In this document: piece after piece, positions 28,794-38,438 of the stretch
Numbering within the stretch: the first letter of the stretch is position 1
Layout of the letters: each line of letters starts with the position of its first letter
Assembly: GCA_044345055.1 (NCBI GenBank)
Contig: JBIJBT010000008.1
Coordinates: forward strand, 1 to 48,575
Length of the DNA: 48,575 nucleotides
Reading direction: 5' to 3'
From: Bdellovibrionota bacterium
GTDB lineage: Bacteria; Bdellovibrionota_C; UBA2361; OMIW01
Notes under the pieces: model-generated
Told to the model about the DNA's origin: nothing
Databases searched by the model: none
The model's input: the letters and a program-made list of their open reading frames with translations, nothing else
Translations under genes and position numbers: made by a program

Positions 28794-31430
28794 TCAGGGC
28801 ACCCGTTGAACGAAGAGCGCAAGAGCATCGCTCGTTTTTTCAGGATCGAGCCCACCCGCCTGAGCAAAATCGGGTCGACCGCCCCCTTTGCCACCAACTG
28901 CAGCAACAGTCTCTTTTAAGATCGAACCCAAATGCAGCCGCCCCGCAAGGTCCGAGGTCGCACCAGCGAGCAACATTCCACCGCGGTCTCCCTTTATGGC
29001 CACCACAATAACACCCGACCCAGCCTTCACCCGAGCGATATCAACGACCTCTTTGGCAACTTCTGCATCGAGATCATCGAGCACCTTAGCGAACACCGGG
29101 ACCCCAGAGGGAGAAATCACCGGCTCTCTTAAAACCGCATCAGCGGTCAACTTCCCGATGGTAACCCGCAGTGCCCCTAGTTCCCGTAAAACTTCGCGCT
29201 CTTTACCGAGGAGTGCCTCAAGTTTTTCTTGCAGCGCGCCCTGATCAGCACCAAGCGTTGCTGCAAGACCATCAAGAGTTCCCTGCATCTCAAGGGCATT
29301 CGAAACTGCTCTTCCGCCAGCAACACACTCGATTCGCCGCACTCCAGAAGCGATAGCGCCCTCGCGCACCACCAAAATCGACCCGATATCACCACTTCGC
29401 TTAACGTGAGTTCCACCGCACAGTTCAAGCGAATCAGGCCCTATCTCGACAACCCGAACCGTCTCTCCATATTTCTCGCCAAATAACGCCATCGCTCCGA
29501 GTGTCCGAGCCTCAGCTATCGGCAATACCCGAGTGGTAACCTCGTAATTTGATCTAACATACTCGTTCATAAACACCGCAAGATCGCGGAGCTGATCCTC
29601 TGTAATCGGCGCGTAATGATTAAAGTCAAATCGCAACCGCTCCGGCGTTACGAGCGAACCTGCCTGTTTTACATGTGTTCCAAGAATCGATCTCAAACCA
29701 AGGTGAAGCACGTGCGTTGCGCTGTGATGAGTCGCAATTGCTTTTCGTCGTGCACCATCAACCTCGAGCCGTGCCCTATGTCCGATCAAAGAACTCAACA
29801 GCGCGGCATCGGCGCTCTTTACGAGGTGAGCAAATTGTCCCGAGGGTAGCTTTACAGTATCGACTACATCGAACGTGTGCCCATCAATGGTCACCGTTCC
29901 TGCATCTCCGACCTGTCCCCCTGATTCCGCATAAAAGGGGCTTTCATCAAAAAAGATTGATATAATCTCTGGCGTTTCGGTTGAGGGTTGCACCGCTCTT
30001 AAGGTCCCTTCTCCCGTTGTAGCACCGTATCCAAGAAAATTGGTCGGCTCAACATCAACACTTTTTGATTGAAATACTATTCCCTTCGACCGCCGATCCT
30101 CGCGCGATCGTGTCCTCTGCGCCTCCATCGCCCCCTGAAAAGCCGCGACATCGACAGTTCTGCCAAACGGTTTTAACGCATCCTCAGTGAGGTCAAGAGG
30201 AAAGCCGAAGGTGTCGTGCAAAAGAAAAGCGGTTTCTCCTGGGAACGCCGCGCCCGCGCCGAGTCGTTCGACCTCGCGAGTCAACACCTCAAGGCCACCC
30301 TCGAGCGTTTCGTGAAACTTGGCCTCTTCGTTTTTGATAACTTCAGCGATCGTATCTTTTGCAGCCACCAGCTCAGGATATTGATCTCCGAGTAGATTGA
30401 CGACTTTGCCAGCTGTATGAACAAGAAACGGTTCACGAAGTCCAAGAACTCTACCGTGACGAACCGCCCGTCGGATGATCCGGCGCAGCGCATATCCGCG
30501 ACCATCGCTCCCCGGGAATACCCCGTCGGCTATTAAAAACGCTGCGGCGCGAGAGTGATCGCCCGCTACGCGAAGCGCAACGTTACGTGCGTAGCGCAGA
30601 TCTGAGCGGAGATCTCCCGAACCGTACGAACCACTATCGTACCGAAATCCGGAGAGCTCCTCAGCAACACCGATAACTCCCCGAACGAGATCGGTTTCGT
30701 AGTTGCCGGGAAGTCCTTGAACGACCGAGGTTAACCGTTCGAGCCCACTCCCCGTATCGATTGAGGGGTGAGGCAGTGGCGTCATAGTGCCGTCTGCGTT
30801 TCGATTAAACTGCATGAAGACCAGATTCCAGATCTCAAGATACGACCCATCGTCGCGCCGAAACGCCTCTTCAGATTGAGGCACGTCATCTGGACCAACG
30901 TAATAGTACAATTCGGAGCAAGGACCACACGGGCCTGTATCACCCATCGCCCAGAAGTTATCTTTCTCATCCAACCGAACAATCCTGTCTCGGTGAATAG
31001 GGGTAAGATCACGCCAAAGCTTGGCTGCCTCGTCATCCTCACGAAACACGCTCACCCACAATCGGTCGGGTGATAGACCGAGTTTTTCAGTAACAAACTC
31101 CCATGCGTACTGAATGGCTTCGGCTTTAAAATAATCCCCGAATGAAAAGTTGCCGAGCATCTCGAAAAAGGTGTGGTGACGGGCAGTAACCCCAACATTT
31201 TCAAAATCGTTGTGCTTGCCTGATATGCGCAGACATTTTTGGGCGCTAGCAGCTCGGGTGTAAGAGCGCTTTTCCGAACCGAGAAAACATTCCTTAAACG
31301 GGGCCATTCCCGCTACCGTGAACAAAACGGTCGGATCATCGACGGGAACTAGCGAAGCACTCGGAACAATCTCATGTCCCTTGCTTTTGAAAAAATCGAG
31401 AAAGCTCTTCCGAATCTCTGAACCCTTCAT
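28794..31430 (-). CDS. alaS: Alanine-tRNA ligase
   Basis: Contains HHTFFEMLGNFSFGDYFK, GPCGPCSE, EIWNLVFMQ, HSATH, ELCGGTH and GGKGGG. Confidence 0.99.
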   Translation of the reverse strand: MKGSEIRKSFLDFFKSKGHEIVPSASLVPVDDPTVLFTVAGMAPFKECFLGSEKRSYTRAASAQKCLRISGKHNDFENVGVTARHHTFFEMLGNFSFGDYFKAEAIQYAWEFVTEKLGLSPDRLWVSVFREDDEAAKLWRDLTPIHRDRIVRLDEKDNFWAMGDTGPCGPCSELYYYVGPDDVPQSEEAFRRDDGSYLEIWNLVFMQFNRNADGTMTPLPHPSIDTGSGLERLTSVVQGLPGNYETDLVRGVIGVAEELSGFRYDSGSYGSGDLRSDLRYARNVALRVAGDHSRAAAFLIADGVFPGSDGRGYALRRIIRRAVRHGRVLGLREPFLVHTAGKVVNLLGDQYPELVAAKDTIAEVIKNEEAKFHETLEGGLEVLTREVERLGAGAAFPGETAFLLHDTFGFPLDLTEDALKPFGRTVDVAAFQGAMEAQRTRSREDRRSKGIVFQSKSVDVEPTNFLGYGATTGEGTLRAVQPSTETPEIISIFFDESPFYAESGGQVGDAGTVTIDGHTFDVVDTVKLPSGQFAHLVKSADAALLSSLIGHRARLEVDGARRKAIATHHSATHVLHLGLRSILGTHVKQAGSLVTPERLRFDFNHYAPITEDQLRDLAVFMNEYVRSNYEVTTRVLPIAEARTLGAMALFGEKYGETVRVVEIGPDSLELCGGTHVKRSGDIGSILVVREGAIASGVRRIECVAGGRAVSNALEMQGTLDGLAATLGADQGALQEKLEALLGKEREVLRELGALRVTIGKLTADAVLREPVISPSGVPVFAKVLDDLDAEVAKEVVDIARVKAGSGVIVVAIKGDRGGMLLAGATSDLAGRLHLGSILKETVAAVGGKGGGRPDFAQAGGLDPEKTSDALALFVQRVP

Positions 31431-31500
31431 AGCGCGTAATCCTTAAAGCTTGGCAAAAAGCCACAATCCTTTATCGCCTTTGTATTCCTAATTGCCTGAT

Positions 31501-31529
31501 ACCGTATCGCGGACCGCCAGTACCGTCAA
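31501..31529 (-). promoter_or_regulatory. Candidate sigma-70 promoter of alaS
   Basis: TTGACG-N17-TACGGT on the minus strand, about 70 nt upstream of the ATG. Confidence 0.55.
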
Positions 31530-31879
31530 AACAGTTGGCCCGTTTTTGTCGATGTATTGAAGATATTTTATGTAGAATATATACGACAATTCACCGGGTG
31601 GTTATATCAAAATAAAAAAATAAAAATGTTTTTGCGCTCTCTGAATTCTTAAAATGAGCTCTTTAACTCACCGAAATGAGCATAGTATTCGGTTTCTAGC
31701 GGGCAAAAATCGGGTTTACGGCCCAATTTGCCCTAACTTGATCGGATGGTAAAATCACGCTAAAGCCTTATTTTCTAGCTGTATCGCCCAGATTTGAACG
31801 GTAACTTGCACGCTAATAAGGTGCGTTTTTCTGTGCGGGCCTTTTCTCTCTTAATCGAGAACACCATGAAACAGTCGAG

Positions 31880-33208
31880 TCATTCAAATTCTTCTAGCTC
31901 TGCTCCTTGTGGTAGCGCTCCAGCTAACTCCGGCGGTTCCTCCTCGAGCTCTCGTGCGTCATCTGGCGCGGGTAAGCCCGACAGCTCTCGTCGAACAACA
32001 TCGAGAGCTTTGTATGCTGCAAATATCCTGATTCGATCCCGATCCGATGAAAAGAAAAACCGATATGACTTTGTTGCATTTCCAGTTGAAAGACCAACAA
32101 AAAAAGTCCCGACTGGTTTCGTAGGCGTTGCTCCATCGGGGCCAGCGATGCCGGAGATTGAGACCGCTACCGATGAATGAGTACGGGCTCGAACTCCCCT
32201 AGCCATTGAGCGAACAACGGCTCCGCTTACTGCTCCATCTCGCTCGAAAAGAATTCCATCAACTCCTAAGAGCGACTCTTTACACTTATTTGAATAAGCA
32301 ACAATCCCACCAGGAAATACTGACGAGGCGCCTGGATGCATCGTGATGAGCTGTCCGATAAGCCCACCAGTGCACGATTCAGCAACGCTTACTGATTTTT
32401 GTTGCGCTCGTAATAGGTCAGCTAAAGCTTTAGGCAGGGGTGTACCGTAGTCCTGAGAAACTATGTACTCAGCACCAATAGCCTCAATCGCTGCTGAAAA
32501 AAGATTATCATCCCCCCTTGAGCCTCTCATGACGACGATAACTTCGGGGTACATCACCTGATAAGCAATCTGTAGCTTGTGAAGACCGGCAACCGTGAGA
32601 AGACGCTGCGCGACCTCTGATTCAGGCAAGCCAAAGGTCCGAATAATCTGCTCGTTTGATGCCTCTTCTACCCCCAAAAAACGGCCCATTCGGTCGAGCA
32701 CATCCTCTCGCCACATCGGCTCGAGCTCACGAGGAATGCCTGGCAGTGCAACAATTCCTTTTTTTCGCCCCGCTACTTCTACTTCTAACCAGATACCCGA
32801 GGCAGTTCCGACCGGATTGTGAATGCAGAGTGCCCCTTCTGGAAACCAAGCCTGACGAGAATTAATAGCGGTTAGTTCCCGACCCTTCGACTCGTACCAC
32901 TCTTTAAGCTTTTCCAGCTCCTCGTCAACGAGTGTAAGCTCCTTTCCTGCAAATGCTGCAATAGCATCCCTAGTCAGGTCATCGGGGGTTGGACCGAGGC
33001 CTCCGGTCATCACCAAGATATCGACAGAGCAAAGGAGCTCTCGGATCCATCGAACGATGATATCCTGATCATCATCACAGGTAACGCGGGTTGTTACAGC
33101 GAGCCCTCGAGAGCGAGCGGTCCGCCCGAGAAAAGAGGAATTCGTATCGACGATCCGACCATCGAGAATTTCAGAACCGATTGTGAGGATAGCGATTGTG
33201 TGAGTCAT
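31880..33208 (-). CDS. cinA: CinA (MocF-like domain fused to PncC NMN deamidase)
   Basis: Contains IGSEILDG.IVDTN, GGLGPTPDDLT, LPGIPRE, AESCTGG and SGIAGP. ATG at 33208 fits the family N-terminus. Confidence 0.95.
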   Translation of the reverse strand: MTHTIAILTIGSEILDGRIVDTNSSFLGRTARSRGLAVTTRVTCDDDQDIIVRWIRELLCSVDILVMTGGLGPTPDDLTRDAIAAFAGKELTLVDEELEKLKEWYESKGRELTAINSRQAWFPEGALCIHNPVGTASGIWLEVEVAGRKKGIVALPGIPRELEPMWREDVLDRMGRFLGVEEASNEQIIRTFGLPESEVAQRLLTVAGLHKLQIAYQVMYPEVIVVMRGSRGDDNLFSAAIEAIGAEYIVSQDYGTPLPKALADLLRAQQKSVSVAESCTGGLIGQLITMHPGASSVFPGGIVAYSNKCKESLLGVDGILFERDGAVSGAVVRSMARGVRARTHSSVAVSISGIAGPDGATPTKPVGTFFVGLSTGNATKSYRFFFSSDRDRIRIFAAYKALDVVRRELSGLPAPDDARELEEEPPELAGALPQGAELEEFE

Positions 33209-33389
33209 TTCAGTGAGCAAAGCTCCACGAAAAAGGGGGTGTTTGCTAAAAGTTGCACCCAATTTGATGCGCTCTCTGAGGCGCGAAGTGAAACGAATCT
33301 GGTGCCGCTGTTATCGTGAGCGGTACATTTGTTACTGACAGTACAGCACTCGAAGCATTGGGGCAAAACGATTGTGATAGGAGACCTTT

Positions 33390-33917
33390 ATTAATACGAA
33401 AAAAAACAGTGAACCGATCGATCGTGCATCTGCTATTCTTGGCCTCGATGTGGGGCGAAAGAGGGTCGGGATCGCTATATATTGGGCCGAAAAAGCAGCT
33501 ATTACCCCTCTTGAGGGTGTTGAGAGAGCAGGAAAGCGAGCAGAGCAGGCAGTGTTGCGCCTTGCCGATAGTCACAACCTTTCGCTTATCGTGATTGGAG
33601 TTCCTCTTACCGCTGATAACGAAGAGACTGAACAGGGGGGAGATGTAACTCTGTTTGTAGATCGTCTTCGTCGTAGATGTGCCGTTCCAATTGAGCTTCG
33701 GGACGAGTATCTCTCATCGGAGGAGGCAAAGGAGCTTTTAGGTATATCGGGTTCACCTCACCGAAATGTTCGCGAATCTGGAATAATAGACTCAGTTGCC
33801 GCGTGTCTGATTCTCCAGAGACACTTATTGGCGAAGGGACATAGCCCATCGATGGATTTAGGAACGGCTCGCCACGAGGTAGCCGCACTTCTTCGCACGG
33901 GTAGGGTCGTCCGTTAA
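33390..33917 (+). CDS. ruvX: YqgF/RuvX pre-16S rRNA nuclease, probably starting at ATT
   Basis: Contains ILGLDVG.KRVGIA, IVIGVP, DEYLSS and DSVAA.LILQ. The catalytic LD lies upstream of the first NTG codon; AGGAG sits 6 nt before an in-frame ATT at 33390. Confidence 0.88.
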   Translation: MNTKKNSEPIDRASAILGLDVGRKRVGIAIYWAEKAAITPLEGVERAGKRAEQAVLRLADSHNLSLIVIGVPLTADNEETEQGGDVTLFVDRLRRRCAVPIELRDEYLSSEEAKELLGISGSPHRNVRESGIIDSVAACLILQRHLLAKGHSPSMDLGTARHEVAALLRTGRVVR

Positions 33918-34122
33918 AAGGAAAAGCGATTTTTTTCGGGCGGATTCCTCACTTGTGTATGTTACTATCCGTTATGGTGCTGATAACATAGTGTGGTTAT
34001 CACTATCTTCAGTAATAACCACTGTGATCTTTTTAACTGCGGTATCCTTTAAAAAGGAATGCACCCTCCTGCAATCTGCTCACAAAACTTCTTGCGAACT
34101 CGTCTTCGTTTTATTAGTTACC

Positions 34123-35304
34123 ATGAAAATTTCCTCAATCATCCAGATTCCTCACCACCGTCTTACTCGGGAGAGTGGCATATCTTTGGTTCGAATCCTC
34201 GTATATCTCTCAGTCCCAGCCCTCGTTGGTTTTATAACATTTCTCACTCTTCGCTCGATATTTGAGCATCCGATCGATTCTAGTGACACAACGACTCAAT
34301 CAATAGAGATTCCGCGCGATTCAACACTGGCAACGGTAGCGGCAGAGCTCGAAAATCGGGGGTTCATCAAATACAGTTGGCCACTCCGTTACGCGGGAAG
34401 AGCCTCAAAAAAAGATAGCAAAATAGTCGCAGGCGAATATGAGATTCGTCGATCGATGTCGGTGGTTGAACTGCTCAACGCTATTACATCGGGCAAGCCG
34501 ATTGAGCGTAAGATCGTTGTACGCGAGGGTGTTTCAATCCGAGAAATCGGTCAGATAGTCGAGAGTGCTGGTCTTCTAAAAAAAGCCGAGTTCAATCAGG
34601 CTCTCACGGAACGATCTCTTATAAAGTCCTCTGGCTCCGATAGTGGAGAGTTAGAGGGATACCTATTTCCGGAAACCTACATATTCTCTCGGCCGATAAC
34701 AGCTCGAGAAGTTGTTGTAAAAATGGTTAAAGTGGGGCTCGAGCACTGGTCCCAAAGCTTCAGCGATAGAGCCGCACAGCTCGGCATGACTCGTCACCAA
34801 ATTATGACGTTAGCTTCTATTATTGAGAAAGAATCGGGGGACCGGAACGAACAGCCAACGATCTCCTCTGTCTTTCACAACCGGCTCAAACAACAGATCC
34901 CTCTTCAGAGTGATCCAACCGTTATTTACGGTTTAGGGGATCAGTTCGATGGAAATTTAACGCGGTCTCATCTTGAGACACCAACGCTCTACAATACTTA
35001 TACCATTACCGGACTTCCTCCCGGTCCAATCTGTAACCCAGGCGACTCAGCTATTAATGCAGCTCTCTATCCAGCTGAGACCCCTTACATTTTCTTTGTT
35101 GCGGACGGTACGGGAAAACACGTATTTTCAACAACTCTGGAGGAGCATAACGCAGCTGTCGCTCAATATCAGATTCGCCCGAACAGTTCAGCAGATTCGA
35201 ATCAGCCCGCAGTAAGCCAAGGTGATCCGAATCAAGCTGCCTCGAATCAACCTCCTGCGAATCAACCGACTAAAGAGCCTACGAATTCATTGTCTCCTAA
35301 CTAA
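34123..35304 (+). CDS. mltG: Endolytic transglycosylase MltG
   Basis: Contains AGEY, REG, LEGYLFPETY, LASIIEKE, VFHNRL, LQSDPTV and YNTY...GLPPGPICNPG. ATG at 34123 precedes the single TM; start uncertain. Confidence 0.95.
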   Translation: MKISSIIQIPHHRLTRESGISLVRILVYLSVPALVGFITFLTLRSIFEHPIDSSDTTTQSIEIPRDSTLATVAAELENRGFIKYSWPLRYAGRASKKDSKIVAGEYEIRRSMSVVELLNAITSGKPIERKIVVREGVSIREIGQIVESAGLLKKAEFNQALTERSLIKSSGSDSGELEGYLFPETYIFSRPITAREVVVKMVKVGLEHWSQSFSDRAAQLGMTRHQIMTLASIIEKESGDRNEQPTISSVFHNRLKQQIPLQSDPTVIYGLGDQFDGNLTRSHLETPTLYNTYTITGLPPGPICNPGDSAINAALYPAETPYIFFVADGTGKHVFSTTLEEHNAAVAQYQIRPNSSADSNQPAVSQGDPNQAASNQPPANQPTKEPTNSLSPN

Positions 35305-35327
35305 TTAATTATCGTGCCCTAAACGCC

Positions 35328-37298
35328 GTGACCTTCGATGCTTTCTCGCAACAGCTCTATCGGTATCAACGCCGAACTGCAGTTATTGCCGTCCTTCTTG
35401 AGGTCGCCATCACTCTTAGTGGTATAGCTCTCGTTGCGATCTTGCTCTACTCGGTATCACCGATTGGTGGGGTTTTCTCGATAGTTCTTGGCTGTGCGAT
35501 TTTCTGTGTGCTTCTTGTTCGCCGTAGATGGCTTTCGCTTCCTCGCTTTGAGGATAGCTGTGTCCTAATTGATGAAAAGCTTGGGCTCCAAAATCGTGCT
35601 ACGAGTCTATTTTATGCTCGATCAGCTAAGCTCGAGGGCTATCAGGCAATAAGCGCTATAATTGAGCAGCAACTCTCGGCGCTCTGTCCGGCTGAGGACG
35701 TACGAGCCCTCCTTAGCGCGCCTGCACCGAAGAAAAAGATCGGATTGCTGATCGGGTTGATCGTGGCGCTTGCCATCATAATTTTTCTCAAACAACCAAA
35801 GGCTATTAATTCCGAGTCTGAAAAAGCTGCTGAGTCACTAGAGACACTTATTGAGGAAAATCCTGCGATTCCTGAAAAAGCCGCCGAGGAGCTTCGCTCT
35901 CTTGCTGATACGGTTAGAGAGGCGGGATTGGGAAGTCAGGTCGTAGAGGATAAAATTCTATCGACCCTTGCAGCGTTCGATGATGTAGCCAAAGAGGGTG
36001 AGGCAAAGAATAATCAGTTGGTAAAAGAGGAAAACGGTGAGGCCGATCCATTGAGTGCTGCGGCACCAACAGCCACTCCAACGCCCACACCCACACCAAC
36101 ACCTACCGTTAACACTTCGAAATCAGCGCTACCTCAACAAAAAGAGGTTGATGTCCAGCACGGACAAAAATCGAAGGAGGAAAAGGACGGGTCCAAGGAC
36201 GGGGATTCCAAAGAGAGCGATCCCAAAGAAAAGGAAGATTCAAAAAAACAAGATGGTGGAAATGACTCAAAGGAGAATGAGTCTAAATCGACGAAAAAAG
36301 AGGAAAGCGATAATAGTACAGATAAAGGAAGCTCGTCGGAGGAAAAATCAGATAAGGGATCTTCTGAGGAAGGAAAAGGTGATTCACCGCAGCAAGGGAA
36401 GAGTGAGCAATCGGGAAATAGCCCAGGTTCTTCTGGCAAATCGGGCGATGATGAGGGTAAGCAAGGATCATCAAGTAGTGGTAGCCAAGGAGGCCAGCAG
36501 CAGGGCCAGGAGGGTGGTGAAGGGGGAGATGGAGGCAGTCAGGCTGGTGGACAGGAAGGTCAGGGCAAAGATCCTGGTCCTCAAGGCTCTGCAAGCAATG
36601 AGGGCCAGGCCGTTGGTCAGCAAGAGGGGACGCAGCGCGGTGCTGGTGGGAAATCGGATGCGGGCATAGATGGTGAAGCTTCCCGACAAGGAAAAGGGAG
36701 CGGCTCTCTTACCTCAGCTCTCGAACAGGCACGAGAGAAGGTAGCAAGTCTCTCTCAAAGTGGTGAAAAGCAGGATCAATCCGAAAAGAACGATAAAAAC
36801 AAATCTGAACAGTCGCCGAGTTCTCGTTCTGGTGAGGGAGTAAAAGGAGAGAAGGGAGGGGGCAAAAATAAAGATAAAGTAAGCCCTTCTGAGAAAAACG
36901 AAAGTCGAGCGTCAGGAGGAAAGGGAGGCGAACAGTCCGATGAGAGTTCGGTTTCTGAGGGGCAAGATGGAGGCGATAGCGAGGGTGACTCAGAAAATGA
37001 TACACCTGGTCAATCTGCTACCCTCGGGGGAAGCTCTCCAGATAAGTTTATCAAAGAGGGTGAGGGTAAGGGACTTGAGGGACCAAAGGGGTTCAAAAAT
37101 GCTCCTGTTAAGGAAAATAATCTCGAGCAGGTTGATGCGCGATTCGGTGTTGATACGGGAGCAGTCGTTGAGCACAACAACCGCTCTGAGTTTAAAAGAT
37201 CGCTTCAAGCAATACCACTTGCAAAACCCGATGCTGTTGTCGGGCAGCGGGCTCAACCGATTCCGCTCGAATATAGAGGTGTGCTTGGTGAGGAGTAA
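35328..37298 (+). CDS. Membrane-anchored protein with a long low-complexity G/S/E/K/Q tail (MoxR-cluster associated)
   Basis: Three TM segments, IDEKLGLQNR..S, a (PT)n linker, a long disordered region and C-terminal IPLEYR. Confidence 0.8.
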   Translation: MTFDAFSQQLYRYQRRTAVIAVLLEVAITLSGIALVAILLYSVSPIGGVFSIVLGCAIFCVLLVRRRWLSLPRFEDSCVLIDEKLGLQNRATSLFYARSAKLEGYQAISAIIEQQLSALCPAEDVRALLSAPAPKKKIGLLIGLIVALAIIIFLKQPKAINSESEKAAESLETLIEENPAIPEKAAEELRSLADTVREAGLGSQVVEDKILSTLAAFDDVAKEGEAKNNQLVKEENGEADPLSAAAPTATPTPTPTPTPTVNTSKSALPQQKEVDVQHGQKSKEEKDGSKDGDSKESDPKEKEDSKKQDGGNDSKENESKSTKKEESDNSTDKGSSSEEKSDKGSSEEGKGDSPQQGKSEQSGNSPGSSGKSGDDEGKQGSSSSGSQGGQQQGQEGGEGGDGGSQAGGQEGQGKDPGPQGSASNEGQAVGQQEGTQRGAGGKSDAGIDGEASRQGKGSGSLTSALEQAREKVASLSQSGEKQDQSEKNDKNKSEQSPSSRSGEGVKGEKGGGKNKDKVSPSEKNESRASGGKGGEQSDESSVSEGQDGGDSEGDSENDTPGQSATLGGSSPDKFIKEGEGKGLEGPKGFKNAPVKENNLEQVDARFGVDTGAVVEHNNRSEFKRSLQAIPLAKPDAVVGQRAQPIPLEYRGVLGEE

Positions 37299-37355
37299 GA
37301 AAAGCAGCGCGCAGAGTCTCGTTAAGTCGAATAGTTAATCAAAAAAGGCCAGCGA

Positions 37356-38372
37356 ATGGATAAGGATATGCAGGGGCAAAGCGCTCAAGAGATCGAGCGC
37401 AATATCGAGCAATTTCGGGCAACTTTTCAGCGAGTTCAGGCGGAGGTCAGCCGCGTGTTAGTTGGAATGCCAGAGGTTATTGGAGGAATCATATCTGCGA
37501 TTTTTGCGGGGGGGCATGTTTTGCTCGAAGGGGTTCCCGGTCTTGGAAAGACTCTTCTTATTAAATCGATCTCTCAAACACTCGGGATGTCATTTAAGAG
37601 AATTCAGTTTACACCCGATCTGATGCCATCTGACGTAACCGGCACACAGGTTTTAACCGAAGATGAAAGTGGTCGTCGCAGCTTCATCTTCCGACCAGGG
37701 CCCCTCTTTGCTCACGTAGTTCTTGCAGACGAGATAAATCGTGCGACAGCAAAAACGCAGGCTGCTCTTCTTGAAGCAATGGAGGAGCGACAGGTTACTG
37801 TTCTCGGTGAAACGTATCGACTTCAGGAACCATTTTTTGTTCTTGCGACACAGAATCCGATCGAGTTGGACGGAACATATCCTCTACCCGAAGCTCAGCT
37901 TGATAGATTTCTCATCAAGCTTCCCGTACCTCCCCCAACTTCGCACGACCTCAAGGAGATACTTAGAAGAACGACGGGCGCTGCAGTTCCCGAAGCCCGC
38001 TCGGTAATGGATGAAGGGGATGCAGCTGTAACACTGATGCAGATGAGAAAACTCGTTCGCTCAGTTTTTGTCGCCGATCCGCTGCACGATGTCCTTGTGC
38101 GTATGCTTGCCGCAGTATCACCACAGAGTGAGCATGCCACCCCACTTGTTCGGAAATATGCACGTTTTGGTCCGGGGCCTCGGGGTGCGCAGTCCGTTGT
38201 TCTGATGGCCAAGGTCCGAGCCCTCATCGATGGACGTATTAATCTCTCCTTTGAAGATATTAAATCGGCTTTCATACCAGCGCTTCGTCATAGGCTATTG
38301 CTCAATTTTCAGGCGGAAGCAGATGGAATATCTTCGGATGAAATACTCAAACAGGTCCGTGATGCGAAGTAG
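37356..38372 (+). CDS. moxR: MoxR-family AAA+ ATPase
   Basis: Contains EGVPGLGKT, RIQFTPDLMPSD, LADEINRA and ATQNPIE..GTYPLPEAQLDRF. Confidence 0.97.
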   Translation: MDKDMQGQSAQEIERNIEQFRATFQRVQAEVSRVLVGMPEVIGGIISAIFAGGHVLLEGVPGLGKTLLIKSISQTLGMSFKRIQFTPDLMPSDVTGTQVLTEDESGRRSFIFRPGPLFAHVVLADEINRATAKTQAALLEAMEERQVTVLGETYRLQEPFFVLATQNPIELDGTYPLPEAQLDRFLIKLPVPPPTSHDLKEILRRTTGAAVPEARSVMDEGDAAVTLMQMRKLVRSVFVADPLHDVLVRMLAAVSPQSEHATPLVRKYARFGPGPRGAQSVVLMAKVRALIDGRINLSFEDIKSAFIPALRHRLLLNFQAEADGISSDEILKQVRDAK

Positions 38373-38438
38373 GGAGGCAACCTAACCCAATTAGTGATAA
38401 TTCTCGCCATAAGCCATTTTCTATGAGGGAACGGTAGC

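Noticed and set aside
31431..31500. T-box or attenuator leader for alaS
   Set aside because: No T-box consensus seen, and the predicted leader is only about 65 nt.
31794..32180. 128-aa plus-strand ORF
   Set aside because: Mostly antisense to the cinA 3' end; Ser-rich shadow translation.
33316..33594. 92-aa ORF overlapping the ruvX start, considered as a frameshift partner
   Set aside because: No recognisable features; SD plus in-frame ATT explains ruvX more simply, though slippage at the A8 run is not formally excluded.
36061..36110. Short tandem ACACC[AC]-like repeats
   Set aside because: They encode a Pro-Thr linker; not a CRISPR array or independent repeat element.
36055..36669. 204-aa Arg/Lys-rich alternative-frame ORF
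   Set aside because: By-product of the purine-rich low-complexity coding sequence of 35328-37298.
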